From an uncultured Syntrophobacteraceae bacterium (GTDB lineage: Bacteria; Desulfobacterota; Binatia; UBA9968): 64,000 nucleotides of DNA. A program made the position numbers and the translations under genes. The stretch lies in the NCBI GenBank assembly GCA_964404195.1, contig CAYOJC010000002.1, positions 38,886 to 102,885 of the forward strand. Reading direction: 5' to 3'. How positions within the stretch are numbered: the stretch's first letter is position 1; every line of letters begins with the position of its first letter. The notes under the pieces are model-generated. The model saw only the letters and a program-made list of their open reading frames with translations. It had not been told where the DNA came from and did not search any database. Shown here piece by piece: positions 1 to 11,184 of this stretch.

Positions 1-841
1 TGAACTCGCCAAACGGCCCCTCGTTCATTTCAGCTCCCGGCTGCCAGTGTCCCTCGATGACCAGCTCCGCGTCCGCAGGAATCGGGAGTCCCGTCACCTC
101 GCCGCGGATGACCGGCATACGCCGCCCTTGAATGGCGCCGATGTAGCCGAACTCCTGGCTCTGGCCCAGGCTCCGCGGCAGCGGCCTGCCGCCGACAACC
201 GCATAGAGAGGATGCTGACCGAGACTGATTGCCACGGGAGCGGCTTCGCCGCGGCTGTGGTAGCCTTTCATATCGGCCAGCCCGTGCCGTATGGGCGCCA
301 TATAAATTCCCACCTTGCGCTTGTCGTGCAATTGAACGCGATAGACGCCGATGTTGAGCTGCTCCGTCTGGCAGTCTCGCGTTATCACCGCGCAGCCGGT
401 GCCGATGAAACGTCCGCCGTCCTTTTCGTGCCATCGCGGCGACGGGTATTTGAGCATGTCGATGTCGTCGTCGCGGTGGATTTCCTCCATCACCGGCCCG
501 TCGGCGACCCATTCCGGCGGAAAATTTTTGCACTCCGCTTCCCACTGAGGCATTTTCTCTTTGATCATGTAGACCAGTTCCTTGGTCGAGGCGGGGTCCT
601 TCTCGAGGCCCAGCGCGATCGCCGGCCGGATCGGATCTTCGCTCGCGTGGGTCACCGTATTCGCCGCGACGCGGTAGCCCTTCGGGTAGTCGACAATCTC
701 GTCGAAAAGAAGCGCGGGCGAGCCTTTTTTCTTGATCATCAGCTCGGTGATCGCGCCGATCTCCAAATCCCAATGGGCGCCGCGGACGACTTTGAGCTTG
801 CCGCGGCTGTCCACCTCACGAAGCCAATCGCGCAGATCCAT
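1..841 (-). CDS. UbiD-family (prFMN-dependent) decarboxylase, partial (3' end beyond window edge)
   Basis: Reverse-strand translation from ATG at 841 reads MDLRDWLREVDSRGKLK...RWHEKDGGRFIGTG...GPFGEF with no stop before position 1. It is clearly paralogous to the complete UbiD-like protein at 3483-4910 (same WHExDGGRxIGTG and FGEFTG blocks). It is absent from the ORF track because it is open-ended. Confidence 0.8.
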   Translation of the reverse strand, partial: MDLRDWLREVDSRGKLKVVRGAHWDLEIGAITELMIKKKGSPALLFDEIVDYPKGYRVAANTVTHASEDPIRPAIALGLEKDPASTKELVYMIKEKMPQWEAECKNFPPEWVADGPVMEEIHRDDDIDMLKYPSPRWHEKDGGRFIGTGCAVITRDCQTEQLNIGVYRVQLHDKRKVGIYMAPIRHGLADMKGYHSRGEAAPVAISLGQHPLYAVVGGRPLPRSLGQSQEFGYIGAIQGRRMPVIRGEVTGLPIPADAELVIEGHWQPGAEMNEGPFGEF

Positions 842-877
842 TTTATTGCCTCCTCGTTTTTATCCGGGACAAATTTT

Positions 878-1612
878 TCAAGACGATCCTCGATTCCACC
901 ATTCGCCCTTGCGCACTTTGTCCTTGTAGTAGGTCCATTCCGCGATGTAATGACGGGGACCCCTGACCTTGTCCAAATATTCACGATGCTTCTTCTTGGT
1001 GCCTTCCATGTAGCGGCGGAACTCGTCCGAGGTGCTTTGGAACCCCAGCGAATTTGCTACGGCTATGATTCGCGCCGTCCGCTCGAGATAGAGCGATCGG
1101 ATACATACCTCGTCGATGCTTTTTCCCAACATCACGATTCCATGACCATTGAGCACCATGGCGTTGCCTTGTTTCATCGCCGCCGCCAATTCTTTCCCTT
1201 CGTCCTCATCGATAATAAAAATGGGCTTCTCAAAGATCGGCACCCCGCCCGCAAAGGGGCCCGACTGCATGTGAACCGCATCGATCTTTGTTCCCGCCAG
1301 TCCGAGGGCGATGCACATCGGAGCATGGCAGTGCACGATCGCCTGCACGTCCGGCCGCGCCTTGAATATCTCCGTGTAAATCGCGGCCTCCGTCGGCGGG
1401 CGGCCGATGCCGGAAATCTTTTTCATGTCGAAATCGAATCGGATGATCCAATCCTCCACGTCTTCTTGTTCGGGCCGGCGAAACATTTTGAGCGTCACGC
1501 CGTCCCCCGACGGCATTCGCGTCCCGACGTGCCCCCAGATGTCGCCCACCTCCCATTCGAGAATCCTGGACGCGATCTTGAGATCTTCTTCAATCACATC
1601 AAGCTCACTCAT
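878..1612 (-). CDS. class II aldolase/adducin family protein
   Basis: 244 aa with HCHAP...NHGIV metal-binding motifs typical of fuculose-phosphate-aldolase-like class II aldolases/decarboxylases. The long + strand ORF 47-1633 covering it is antisense noise. Confidence 0.8.
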   Translation of the reverse strand: MSELDVIEEDLKIASRILEWEVGDIWGHVGTRMPSGDGVTLKMFRRPEQEDVEDWIIRFDFDMKKISGIGRPPTEAAIYTEIFKARPDVQAIVHCHAPMCIALGLAGTKIDAVHMQSGPFAGGVPIFEKPIFIIDEDEGKELAAAMKQGNAMVLNGHGIVMLGKSIDEVCIRSLYLERTARIIAVANSLGFQSTSDEFRRYMEGTKKKHREYLDKVRGPRHYIAEWTYYKDKVRKGEWWNRGSS

Positions 1613-1666
1613 TGTTGCCTCCTGTGTGTTTAACTATTTGTTTAACGCTTCGGAAACGCATTCGGG

Positions 1667-3472
1667 TTAGGCGGTTCCTCCCAGGCGGACGTTGCGGTCA
1701 CCGAGCTTCTGCATCACTAGAAACAAGATTCCCATAACCACAACCATAATGACGCCCAGGGCTGCAGCGACATTTAAGTCTCCCCTGATCCAGGCCGTCC
1801 AGACATAAGTCGAAAGGATCTGATTGTCGGGCCCAGAGAGCATCAAAGCGATACTGACTTCTCGGAAGCTCAGCAGACCCGTCCAGAGACCCAGAAACAG
1901 CATCGACCTGCCAATGATGGGCACAATCACCTTCCACCACACGATGATCTGCCTTGAACCGCATATATACGCGGCTTCCTCCAGCTCTCGGCTGATCTGC
2001 AAGAGAGCCGCATTCGTGACCCGTGTGCCGTAGGAAATCCTCGTGACCACAAAGGCCACCACGAGAATGCTCACGGTGCCGTAAAAGGGAACCGAGGGAA
2101 ACCACATACGAACCATCAAGCTGAAAACTAGTAGAGCCAACGCAAACCCAATGTTGGGAAAAGCATGGGGCAGCATCACGATGCTGTCCATAACGCCCCC
2201 GATGCGCATTTTGGTTCGGGTGACGATCCACGAGATCATCAAACTCAAGAACATGACCCAGAGGGAGACACTCACCATAAGGACCAAAGTGTTCCACACG
2301 ATCCTGCCGATTCCCGGCAGGTTCATGATTCTCTTGTACGATCCCAAGTTGAGCGCAGCAAAGGCTTCGATCGAAGGCATCTGTAAGTAAGGCAACAACG
2401 ACGCCCATACGAGAACGACCAACGGCAGGACCACGGCCAAAAGGAGATAAAACAAGACGAACAGGACGCCGAGGTTCTTGAACGAACCCAGATCGTGGAT
2501 TCGGGCAACGTAACCCTTGCCTGTTACCGTAACAAACCGATGGCTCTGGCGGATCGTGACGTAATAATAGTAGAGCGCGATCAACGACGGAACGGCGATC
2601 AGGGCCCCGTAGACTCCGCTGATGCCGTATTGCGGCACCGACGCGGTAAGCGTGTAAATGCTGAGAAACATCTCGGTCGCCAGAACCGGGTGTTTTCCCC
2701 CCAAGCTTCCCAGCAGAGCGGCGATCTCGAACATCGAAATCGCCGTCATGAACACATAGATCGCGCCGCCCAGCACTGCGGGCCAAAGAAGCGGAACGAT
2801 AACCCATCGGAACGTGCTCCAGCGCCTCGCGCCGCTGACTTCGCTAGCTTCCTCCAAGGCAGGATCCAGCGCGCGCATAGGACCCGATAAAAGAAAAACC
2901 AGCGTCGACGTCATCATCAATCCCTGGATATAAGCAATTCCCACCAGGCTCTGAATATCGAACAACGGCCGCTCGAGGTCGAAAACGTGCATCAAAAAGC
3001 GATTGATGAATCCGACATTGGGGCTGAGCAGAAGAATCCATGCGATTCCTTTGAGAAATCCTGGAACGATAACGGAGACTGCGATGAGCGTGAGGAAAAG
3101 ATTGGCGTAGGGCAAATTGGTGCGGTGCAATAACCAGGCGAGCGGTATCCCGAAGGCCAGAGCCACCGCGACGGTCCCGATCCCGACAAGCAAGGTATTG
3201 GGGATCACCTCGAAAAACAAATGGCTGTTGAGAACCGCCCTATAGTTTCCCAGCGACAACTTTGATTGAATCGGAAAATCCACCAGGAAACTGGCCAGCA
3301 GAACGATGGCTACGAGAATGAGGATGACCAAACAAACAGCGCCCGCAAACAAAAGAGGAATGGTGTTCCCGGCCAGAAATTTCTCGGCAATACCTTGCCG
3401 AAGGCTCGGGCGGGCCGCGCCTTTCGGCGGCACGGCGGAGCTTACGTCGATAGCTCGATGGCTTGAATCCAT
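1667..3472 (-). CDS. ABC transporter permease, fused two-domain Fe3+/thiamine/spermidine type (FbpB/AfuB-like)
   Basis: 601 aa and highly hydrophobic, with two tandem binding-protein-dependent permease domains. It is paralogous to 11185-12981. Confidence 0.85.
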   Translation of the reverse strand: MDSSHRAIDVSSAVPPKGAARPSLRQGIAEKFLAGNTIPLLFAGAVCLVILILVAIVLLASFLVDFPIQSKLSLGNYRAVLNSHLFFEVIPNTLLVGIGTVAVALAFGIPLAWLLHRTNLPYANLFLTLIAVSVIVPGFLKGIAWILLLSPNVGFINRFLMHVFDLERPLFDIQSLVGIAYIQGLMMTSTLVFLLSGPMRALDPALEEASEVSGARRWSTFRWVIVPLLWPAVLGGAIYVFMTAISMFEIAALLGSLGGKHPVLATEMFLSIYTLTASVPQYGISGVYGALIAVPSLIALYYYYVTIRQSHRFVTVTGKGYVARIHDLGSFKNLGVLFVLFYLLLAVVLPLVVLVWASLLPYLQMPSIEAFAALNLGSYKRIMNLPGIGRIVWNTLVLMVSVSLWVMFLSLMISWIVTRTKMRIGGVMDSIVMLPHAFPNIGFALALLVFSLMVRMWFPSVPFYGTVSILVVAFVVTRISYGTRVTNAALLQISRELEEAAYICGSRQIIVWWKVIVPIIGRSMLFLGLWTGLLSFREVSIALMLSGPDNQILSTYVWTAWIRGDLNVAAALGVIMVVVMGILFLVMQKLGDRNVRLGGTA

Positions 3473-3482
3473 GCGCGAAATT

Positions 3483-4910
3483 TCACTTCGCCAAATCGGC
3501 AGCCCATTTCCGTTCGACAGCGCGCCTCATCTCTTCGCCGAAACGGTTGACTATCGGGAACCGCTCGCGCCAGGAAAACGGCCGGCAGGCCGTCAGTACC
3601 GCGCGAGAACTGTTCGGTTGCCCGGCCAGATCCTTTTTCTCGGGGGCAATCAGAGGATCCAGAATCGTGCTGCGGCAGTTACGCACAATCTCGACGGCAT
3701 CCTGGGGCTCGCAGCGCGTCGCCAATGCCCACAGCACTTCCTGCTCGTTTGTCGGGTCGATATCGCTGTCGACGACGATCACGAAGCGCCCCAATCCGCC
3801 GAGGGAGATGGCCTTGGAGGCGACGTCCCTCGCGTGCCCCTCATACTGCTGGTCGATCGCGATCACCGTGATCATGCCGGAGACTCCCGCGGGAAGGATC
3901 CACACGGAGTGCAGTCCCGGCATTTCCGTCTCTTCGAGGCGTTTCCATAATTGGGCGGTCTGCAGATAATCGCGCAGCCGCTCCCCCGTGGGCGGGCGCA
4001 TCGGCGGCGCGCCCAACATCACCGGATCGTCGCGCCACATGATTTTCTTCACGTTGATGACCGGCCCTTTTTCATCCGACCACGTGTAGTATCCGGTGAA
4101 TTCGCCGAAGGGCGCCTCGGCGTGGCTCTTTTGATCTTTAGGAGGACATTCGCCTTCGATCACGATCTCGGCTTCAGCCGGGAAAGGAAGACCGGTACGG
4201 GAGCCGCGCAAGACCATCAAAGACTCGCCCGCCAATCCGCCGGCCATCTCGAGCTCGGAGACTCCCTGAGCCCACTTCATGCATCCCGAAGCCCAGATCA
4301 AAGGATGCTCGCCCGCGACGACGATCATCGGACAGGCCTGGCCTTTGCTCCAATACTTCTTGCAGATCGTGCTCCCGTTATTGCCGGGCGCCATGTATAA
4401 ACCGCCCAAATTTCGCTCGTGGACCTGGACGCGATAAGGCGCGGCGTTGATCGCCCCGGTCTCGGGATCGCGCACGATCACCAGATCTCCGGTCCCTATG
4501 TAGCGTCCGCCGTCGTGCTCGTGCCATTTCGGAGACGGGAAGCGGAACAGATCGATGTCGCTTCCCTCGGCGACATTTTCGAGAACCGGACCGGACTTCA
4601 CTTCCGTGAGCGGCATCGGCTTGATGGCCCGCAGCTTGTCCTTGAGTTGACGCACGAGCTCCAGAGGAGCCGCGTGCTCATCGACGCCGAGGGTGAAAGC
4701 GAAGCGGCGGTCGGTCACCAGCGCGTTCGTAAGAACACGGTGGCCCTTGGGATAACCGGAAATTTCATCGAAGAGCAGCGCGGGCCCTTTGCGCTCGGCG
4801 AAGAGTTCCGTGAGCACGCCGATCTCGAGGTCCCAATCCGCCCCGGCCAGCTTCTTGAGCTCGCCTCGTTCGTCAACCGCCTCGATCCACTTTCTGAAAT
4901 CAAAACTCAT
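3483..4910 (-). CDS. UbiD-family decarboxylase
   Basis: 475 aa, MSFDFRKWIEAVDERGELKK...GEFTGYY, with the characteristic UbiD/3-octaprenyl-4-hydroxybenzoate carboxy-lyase fold signature along the full length. Confidence 0.9.
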   Translation of the reverse strand: MSFDFRKWIEAVDERGELKKLAGADWDLEIGVLTELFAERKGPALLFDEISGYPKGHRVLTNALVTDRRFAFTLGVDEHAAPLELVRQLKDKLRAIKPMPLTEVKSGPVLENVAEGSDIDLFRFPSPKWHEHDGGRYIGTGDLVIVRDPETGAINAAPYRVQVHERNLGGLYMAPGNNGSTICKKYWSKGQACPMIVVAGEHPLIWASGCMKWAQGVSELEMAGGLAGESLMVLRGSRTGLPFPAEAEIVIEGECPPKDQKSHAEAPFGEFTGYYTWSDEKGPVINVKKIMWRDDPVMLGAPPMRPPTGERLRDYLQTAQLWKRLEETEMPGLHSVWILPAGVSGMITVIAIDQQYEGHARDVASKAISLGGLGRFVIVVDSDIDPTNEQEVLWALATRCEPQDAVEIVRNCRSTILDPLIAPEKKDLAGQPNSSRAVLTACRPFSWRERFPIVNRFGEEMRRAVERKWAADLAK

Positions 4911-4934
4911 CGTCGACCTCCGGCAGCGGTTTTA

Positions 4935-6071
4935 TTATTTTCCTCGCCACGCCTTAGCTATAGCCTCGGTCCATGCCTTGCCTTCCTCTGTTTCGCTCAT
5001 CCATTTGAGTTTCTTAAGACTCTCTTCATTGTCCACGTAGCTCACCATCTTCACTTTGTTGGTTTTCATCCTCTCCATCATCTCTCGTCCGATCTTGGAG
5101 CTCTTTAGATACAGGTGGGGCTGCGAAGTCGCCTTTTCGAAAACTCCCTGCCCTTCCTCGCTCAATGTCCACAGGACAAAGAGCGTCGCCGCGTTGGGAT
5201 GGCGGGCGCCCTCGCGCACGAAATACATCGCTTCGTTGATGGTCGTATAGTCGCGGAAAAATTCCAAACCGATCGGAGCGCGCGCATCCCTCTCCTTGAA
5301 CTCGTGATAGTAGTGGGCATTGGCATCGACGAACTTGAATTCGCCCAGGAGCATCCGGTTGACGGCGGCCGACTCGCGCTCGGTCGCCGCACTGTTTCTT
5401 CCCATGCCTCGGACGATCTCGAGCGCCTGATCCTTGTCGTAGGCCAACAGCGAGGCGTCGGCGTCCGAGGTCCAGGGCGGAAGCGCATACGTCCCTTTGA
5501 ATCTGGCCTCCCCCAAATCTTTATGGGTCTTCGGAAGGTCCTTGGCGGATATCAGCTTGGTGTTGTAAATGATCGCTTTCAGCCAGTGACCGAACGTAAA
5601 CACGCGGCCTTTGAAAGGACCGGGACTTACTTTATCGATGACGGGCAGCGCCTGGGGAGCGATCTCGCTCAAGACCGCTTCTAAATTGTCGATCCGCTTG
5701 ACGCCGTTGACCTCCAGGAGATGGATGATTTCATGGGCGCCGCCGAACTGCACGTCGTAGGTGGGGACGATCCCCTGTTTGGTTTCGCCGATCGCCTGGC
5801 TGATCTTCTGAAACGAGGCGCCCGAAGCATCGACCTTGAGCTCGATCTCCACGCCCAAACGCTTGAGATAATTCCTGAAGCCGGCGGTGACTTCATCGCT
5901 GCCGCTGGTCGTTGGATACAAGTAAACCTGTTTTTCTTTGCGAGCCCCTTCGACGAGCTGATTAAAAGCGGCCTTACCCGGGGAAGGCGCCGATGCAGCT
6001 CCGGCAGATGACGGAGTCTGGCTGATCAAAATCGATAACCCGACTAAAACAGCGGCTTTGAGCGTTTTCAT
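4935..6071 (-). CDS. ABC transporter substrate-binding protein (Fe3+/thiamine/polyamine SBP family), paralog 0
   Basis: Trimmed to MKTLKAAVLVGLSILISQTPSSAGA, which has a signal peptide with GGAGG 5 nt upstream. The rest is about 40-50% identical to the three SBPs at 13015-17717. Confidence 0.85.
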   Translation of the reverse strand: MKTLKAAVLVGLSILISQTPSSAGAASAPSPGKAAFNQLVEGARKEKQVYLYPTTSGSDEVTAGFRNYLKRLGVEIELKVDASGASFQKISQAIGETKQGIVPTYDVQFGGAHEIIHLLEVNGVKRIDNLEAVLSEIAPQALPVIDKVSPGPFKGRVFTFGHWLKAIIYNTKLISAKDLPKTHKDLGEARFKGTYALPPWTSDADASLLAYDKDQALEIVRGMGRNSAATERESAAVNRMLLGEFKFVDANAHYYHEFKERDARAPIGLEFFRDYTTINEAMYFVREGARHPNAATLFVLWTLSEEGQGVFEKATSQPHLYLKSSKIGREMMERMKTNKVKMVSYVDNEESLKKLKWMSETEEGKAWTEAIAKAWRGK

Positions 6072-6106
6072 ATTCCCTCCAATTACGATTCCACGCAGTC
6101 GCGCGA

Positions 6107-6571
6107 TCACTTGGAATTCTTGCTGGTCTCCACGACGGCCTGGACGATTTTTCGATAGCCCGTACAACGGCACAGATTGCCGGCCAGGTACCATCTGACC
6201 TCTTTCTCGCTGGGATGCGGTATCTTGTGAAGCAACGCTTTAGCCATCAGGATCATTCCCGAAGTGCAGTACCCGCACTGCGCCGCATCGTAGCGGGCAA
6301 AATTTTCCTGGAGGGGATCCAGCGGCCCGTCGGCCGCCAACCCCTCGATGGTAACGATTCGCTTCCCCTGGCATTTTGCCAACGGGGTCATGCATGAGTA
6401 GCGGGCCTCGCCGTCGATCAAAACCGTGCAGGCGCCGCAACCGCCGTGATCGCACCCTCGCTTCGCGCCCAAAAGATGCAGTCGGTCACGCAGCGCAGTC
6501 AGCAGCGGCTCCGACAATTCCGCCGACACGCTCTGCTCTTCGCCGTTTACGTCGAGCGAAATCTCAACCAT
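6107..6571 (-). CDS. molybdenum hydroxylase small subunit, (2Fe-2S)-binding (CoxS/XdhC-like)
   Basis: Two Cys clusters (CDHGGCGACTV and CGYCTSGM...CRCTGY). Start MVEISLDVNG lies 4 nt after the FAD-subunit stop, indicating translational coupling. Confidence 0.9.
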   Translation of the reverse strand: MVEISLDVNGEEQSVSAELSEPLLTALRDRLHLLGAKRGCDHGGCGACTVLIDGEARYSCMTPLAKCQGKRIVTIEGLAADGPLDPLQENFARYDAAQCGYCTSGMILMAKALLHKIPHPSEKEVRWYLAGNLCRCTGYRKIVQAVVETSKNSK

Positions 6572-7475
6572 GACGGTCGACCCCTTTCGCATCCCTTGCT
6601 TGCAAAACATCGATTTTCGCCGCTCCGGCAATAGCGTCGCGCAGCAAAAATCCGCACAACGACCTCTTGTAATCCGCCGAGGCGGTAAAGTGGTCCGTCA
6701 AGGTAAGCTCCGTGGAAACGATGCCGGGCACGGCCGCCAGCGCTTTGCCGTCGATTTGCTTTCCGATCAAAAATTGCTCGGTCCGCGTGAGAGAAAAATA
6801 ACCGTCGGCGCGCGCCCCGACGACGAGCTTCGCGTCCACGCAGCGCCCCGCGCCGTCCGAACGAATAGAGGCCGACGCGTTGACGACGGCCCAATCCGAG
6901 GCCGACCGGCGAAATTTCTTAAACTGAGAGCGGCTTCCCGGCGCCGGCCACGGCAGAAGAAACCCGCTGATGAGCGCGGTCTTTCCGAGGAGAGACTTCT
7001 CCGGTCCGCTCAGCAGATCGCCCACATCGATCGTCCGTATCTCCCGCGAAACCTGGACCACCGCCTTTGCCCGTAGCGACATGAGGGCGGGCACGATATC
7101 GATAATCGGAACCCCGCAGGCGACGGCTCCGCCCAGAGTCGCAGCGTTTTTGATCTGATCGGGCCCCGTGGCGTAGGCCGCCTGCACAAACGCTTCGAAT
7201 CCCGCGGCGCGAAACGCGTCGGAGCCAATGACTTTGTTGAGAGTGACCATGGCACCGGCTTTGATCGAGTCCCCGCCGTTCTCGATGGTATTGAGCCCGA
7301 GGCCCTCGAGGTCCACCACCGCTTTAATTTTCAGCAGCGCGCCGCGCTCTCGCTGTTCGTGAACGTAAGTTCCGCCGGCATAGAGCAAAGTCTCGCCGCG
7401 GTGCTCCTCCATTGCCGCGACGGCTTCGTTCAACGTCTTGGGAGTCAACCAATTACTGGAACTAAATCCACTCAT
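6564..7475 (-). CDS. molybdenum hydroxylase FAD-binding subunit (CoxM-like)
   Basis: 303 aa with a FAD-binding PCMH-type domain (LLYAGGTYV, AATLGGAVA) and a CO-dehydrogenase flavoprotein C-terminal domain. Confidence 0.85.
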   Translation of the reverse strand: MSGFSSSNWLTPKTLNEAVAAMEEHRGETLLYAGGTYVHEQRERGALLKIKAVVDLEGLGLNTIENGGDSIKAGAMVTLNKVIGSDAFRAAGFEAFVQAAYATGPDQIKNAATLGGAVACGVPIIDIVPALMSLRAKAVVQVSREIRTIDVGDLLSGPEKSLLGKTALISGFLLPWPAPGSRSQFKKFRRSASDWAVVNASASIRSDGAGRCVDAKLVVGARADGYFSLTRTEQFLIGKQIDGKALAAVPGIVSTELTLTDHFTASADYKRSLCGFLLRDAIAGAAKIDVLQARDAKGVDRHG

Positions 7476-7493
7476 GATGGTTTGGCGATTCTC

Positions 7494-10022
7494 TTACGGT
7501 CTCGTGTACCCGGTCGTCGTTTTTTCCTTCAAGGCGCGTTGAATTTTTTCCGCCGTAATCGGCAACTCTTTGACCCTGACGCCGATCGCGTTATAAATCG
7601 CATTCGCGAGAGCCGCGGGGACCGGAACGATCGCCACCTCCGCGAGTCCTTTGGCGGAGAACGGGCCTTCTTTATGAGGAGATTCCACCCAGAAGACTTT
7701 GAAGCAATCGATGTACGGCATGTCGGGAGCAGCGGGAATTTTGTAATCTCTGAAATCTCCGTTGAGGAGGCGGCCGTCGGCGAATTGCATCTCTTCCATC
7801 AAGGCCATGCCCACCGCCATACCGGCCGCGCCTTCGACCTGCCCTTCGGCAAGAAGCGGGTTGATGATCTTTCCACCGTCCACCGCGCAGAAAAGCCGGA
7901 GGATTCTCACCTCTCCTGTTTCCCCATTGACTTCCACTTCAGCGACTGCCGCAGCCGGCGTATAGAAAGAATTGACCCTTATATTGCCCGCGTTCGGGCC
8001 GGTGCCCGGATTACGGTTTGGCGCACCTCCCGCGCTCCAGGCGGGAGTCGCGGCCCCGGATAGCGCAGCCTCGCGTGCGCCCGTCGCGGTGGCCCCCTCC
8101 AACAAAGGAACTCCCGTAGTGGGATCCAGGGGAATCGATCTCACCGACCAGGTGCCCCTGCCGATAAATTCTTCGCCTTTCCTGTTGGTATGAAGGTACT
8201 CGATCGGACCGCGATAAGGGCCGTAATACGAACCGCCACCGAATAGAGCGCTGAGGTTGAGGACCGGCTCATCTTGTCCTTTGATGAATATCTTCGCATC
8301 GGCGTACACGAGCTCTTCGGGTTTGCTTCCCACCTCGGAAGCCGCTGCCGCGATAATTTTCGCTTTCAAATCACGAACGGCCATCCAGACGGCATTGCCG
8401 GTGTTGAACGTTTGCCTGCTGGAAATCGCCCCGCCGTCATGCACCCAGCGCCCTCTCTCGCCCGTATAGACATGAATTTTTTCTACCGGGGTTTTCAATT
8501 CTTCCGCCACAATCTGAGACATGACGGTTCGAAGGCCCTGGCCGACCTCCATTGCCCCGACGAACAACGACACCGTGCCGTCGCTGTGGATTTTGGCCTC
8601 CGAAGTCGCCGAAGTCGGCGCGGTGCTGTACTTTTGGCCCCAGGCTACGCCGAGCCCCTTTTTCCAGGGGCCCTTTTCAGTCGCTCCTTGACTCACCGGC
8701 CAGCCTATCGCCTGGGTGACGGCGTCGAGGCATTCGACGCTGCCGAAGCTTTCCATTTTCTCGCCGAGAATATTGGTGTCGCCTTGCCGCAGCATCTGGC
8801 GCTTCCTGTACTCGACGGCATCCAATCCGAGCTTCTCGGCAATGAGATCGGTCTGCTGCTCGATGGCCCAGGTCACGTCGGTAATGCCAAAGCCGCGAAA
8901 GGCGCCCGCCGCCGGCAGATGCGTGTAAACACGAAAAGCCTCGACCGAGACGTGGGGAATTTTGTAAGAGTTCGCGATTCCGAATGTGCAGTTTCGAGTA
9001 ACCGAAAATCCCGTAGAATAAGCCCCACCGTTCAGAATGACCCGAACGTCCCGGGCCAGAACGGAGCCATCGTTCTTCACGCCGTCCTTGACCTTCACTC
9101 TGAAGGCGTGCTTGGTAACCGTGAGGAACTCTTCTTCCCGTCCCAAGACGATCTTCACGGGGCGGCGGCTCTTGATCGCCAGAGCGGCGCAGATACCCTC
9201 GATCTGGCCGTCGCTCTTGCCGCCGAAAGTGCCTCCGATCTCCAGCGTCACGACCTGAAGCTTGTGCGGAGGAATTTTCAAGGTCTGGGGTATCAGGCTC
9301 AACACATGGTTCGGAACCCTGGCCGGGGACCAAACCGTCAGGCCTCCGTCGGGATCGGGCCGCGCGACGGCGCAATGCGGCTCCATCGGCACGTGCTGGA
9401 TCGGCGTGATCTCAAACGTGTTCTCGACAAAAAAATCGCTTTGCCGGAATCCCTCGGCAAGATTTCCCCTCTTGATCGCAAAGTAGTTGCTGATGTTGGG
9501 CCTGCCCAAGAAATCGGGAGTCCAAGCCGCTGCCCGCTGATAACTACTTAGATTCGGATGAACCAGAATCCTCTGCTTAGGATCCATCGCTGCTTCAGGA
9601 TCGAACACGGCCTCGAGAGGCTCGTAATCCACTTCCAGGCTGCGGATCGCCTCCTCGGCGCTTGCAGCGGATTCTGCGGCCACCGCCGCCACCGGTTCGC
9701 CCGCGTATCGGGCCACTTCGAGAGCCAGTAACGTTTTGTCAAAAACCCCGCTGCCGAACCGGATCGGCGGCAAGTCCAGAGCCGTGATCACGGCTCTTAT
9801 CCCTTTGACCTTGAGCGCGGGGCCGACGTCGATGGACCGGATGCGAGCGTGCGGATGAGGCGAGCGCAGGATTTTGCCGGTGAGCATTCCCGGCAACTCA
9901 TGATCGGCCGTGAAAACGGCCCTTCCCGTGACCTTTTGATCCGCGTCGACGCGGCGTATCGAACGGCCCACGTACTGTAGCTTATCTCGACTCCCGACCT
10001 GATCAGCCGAATTTGGCGCCAT
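7494..10022 (-). CDS. molybdenum hydroxylase large subunit, molybdopterin-binding (xanthine dehydrogenase/aldehyde oxidase family)
   Basis: 842 aa, with the N-terminal a/b hammerhead domain (VTGRAVFTADHELPGML) and MoCo-binding domains. It is first of an L-M-S gene order on the minus strand. Confidence 0.9.
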   Translation of the reverse strand: MAPNSADQVGSRDKLQYVGRSIRRVDADQKVTGRAVFTADHELPGMLTGKILRSPHPHARIRSIDVGPALKVKGIRAVITALDLPPIRFGSGVFDKTLLALEVARYAGEPVAAVAAESAASAEEAIRSLEVDYEPLEAVFDPEAAMDPKQRILVHPNLSSYQRAAAWTPDFLGRPNISNYFAIKRGNLAEGFRQSDFFVENTFEITPIQHVPMEPHCAVARPDPDGGLTVWSPARVPNHVLSLIPQTLKIPPHKLQVVTLEIGGTFGGKSDGQIEGICAALAIKSRRPVKIVLGREEEFLTVTKHAFRVKVKDGVKNDGSVLARDVRVILNGGAYSTGFSVTRNCTFGIANSYKIPHVSVEAFRVYTHLPAAGAFRGFGITDVTWAIEQQTDLIAEKLGLDAVEYRKRQMLRQGDTNILGEKMESFGSVECLDAVTQAIGWPVSQGATEKGPWKKGLGVAWGQKYSTAPTSATSEAKIHSDGTVSLFVGAMEVGQGLRTVMSQIVAEELKTPVEKIHVYTGERGRWVHDGGAISSRQTFNTGNAVWMAVRDLKAKIIAAAASEVGSKPEELVYADAKIFIKGQDEPVLNLSALFGGGSYYGPYRGPIEYLHTNRKGEEFIGRGTWSVRSIPLDPTTGVPLLEGATATGAREAALSGAATPAWSAGGAPNRNPGTGPNAGNIRVNSFYTPAAAVAEVEVNGETGEVRILRLFCAVDGGKIINPLLAEGQVEGAAGMAVGMALMEEMQFADGRLLNGDFRDYKIPAAPDMPYIDCFKVFWVESPHKEGPFSAKGLAEVAIVPVPAALANAIYNAIGVRVKELPITAEKIQRALKEKTTTGYTRP

Positions 10023-10069
10023 ATGCTCTCCGCAAAAATTATTCGGTCTTCGACGCGGGCCTGCCAGAA

Positions 10070-11170
<1,101 letters not shown>

Positions 11171-11184
11171 AAATTCCCCGTGGC

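Noticed and set aside
47-1633. Very long + strand ORFs lying antisense to homology-supported genes (47-1633, 12076-13653, 8274-9551, 39845-41212, 44974-45981 -, 45339-46394, 49763-51043 -, 54418-56715, 56598-57998, 61686-62855 -, 62546-63997).
   Set aside because: They are Arg/Ala/Gly/Pro-rich with no domain signatures and fully overlap genes that have clear family motifs on the other strand. This is the typical spurious open frame of roughly 65% GC DNA.
1667-3472. The about 600-aa permeases (here and at 11185-12981) look like two genes fused by a missing stop.
   Set aside because: Fe3+/thiamine-type ABC permeases are naturally single polypeptides with two tandem permease domains. Both paralogs show the same architecture.
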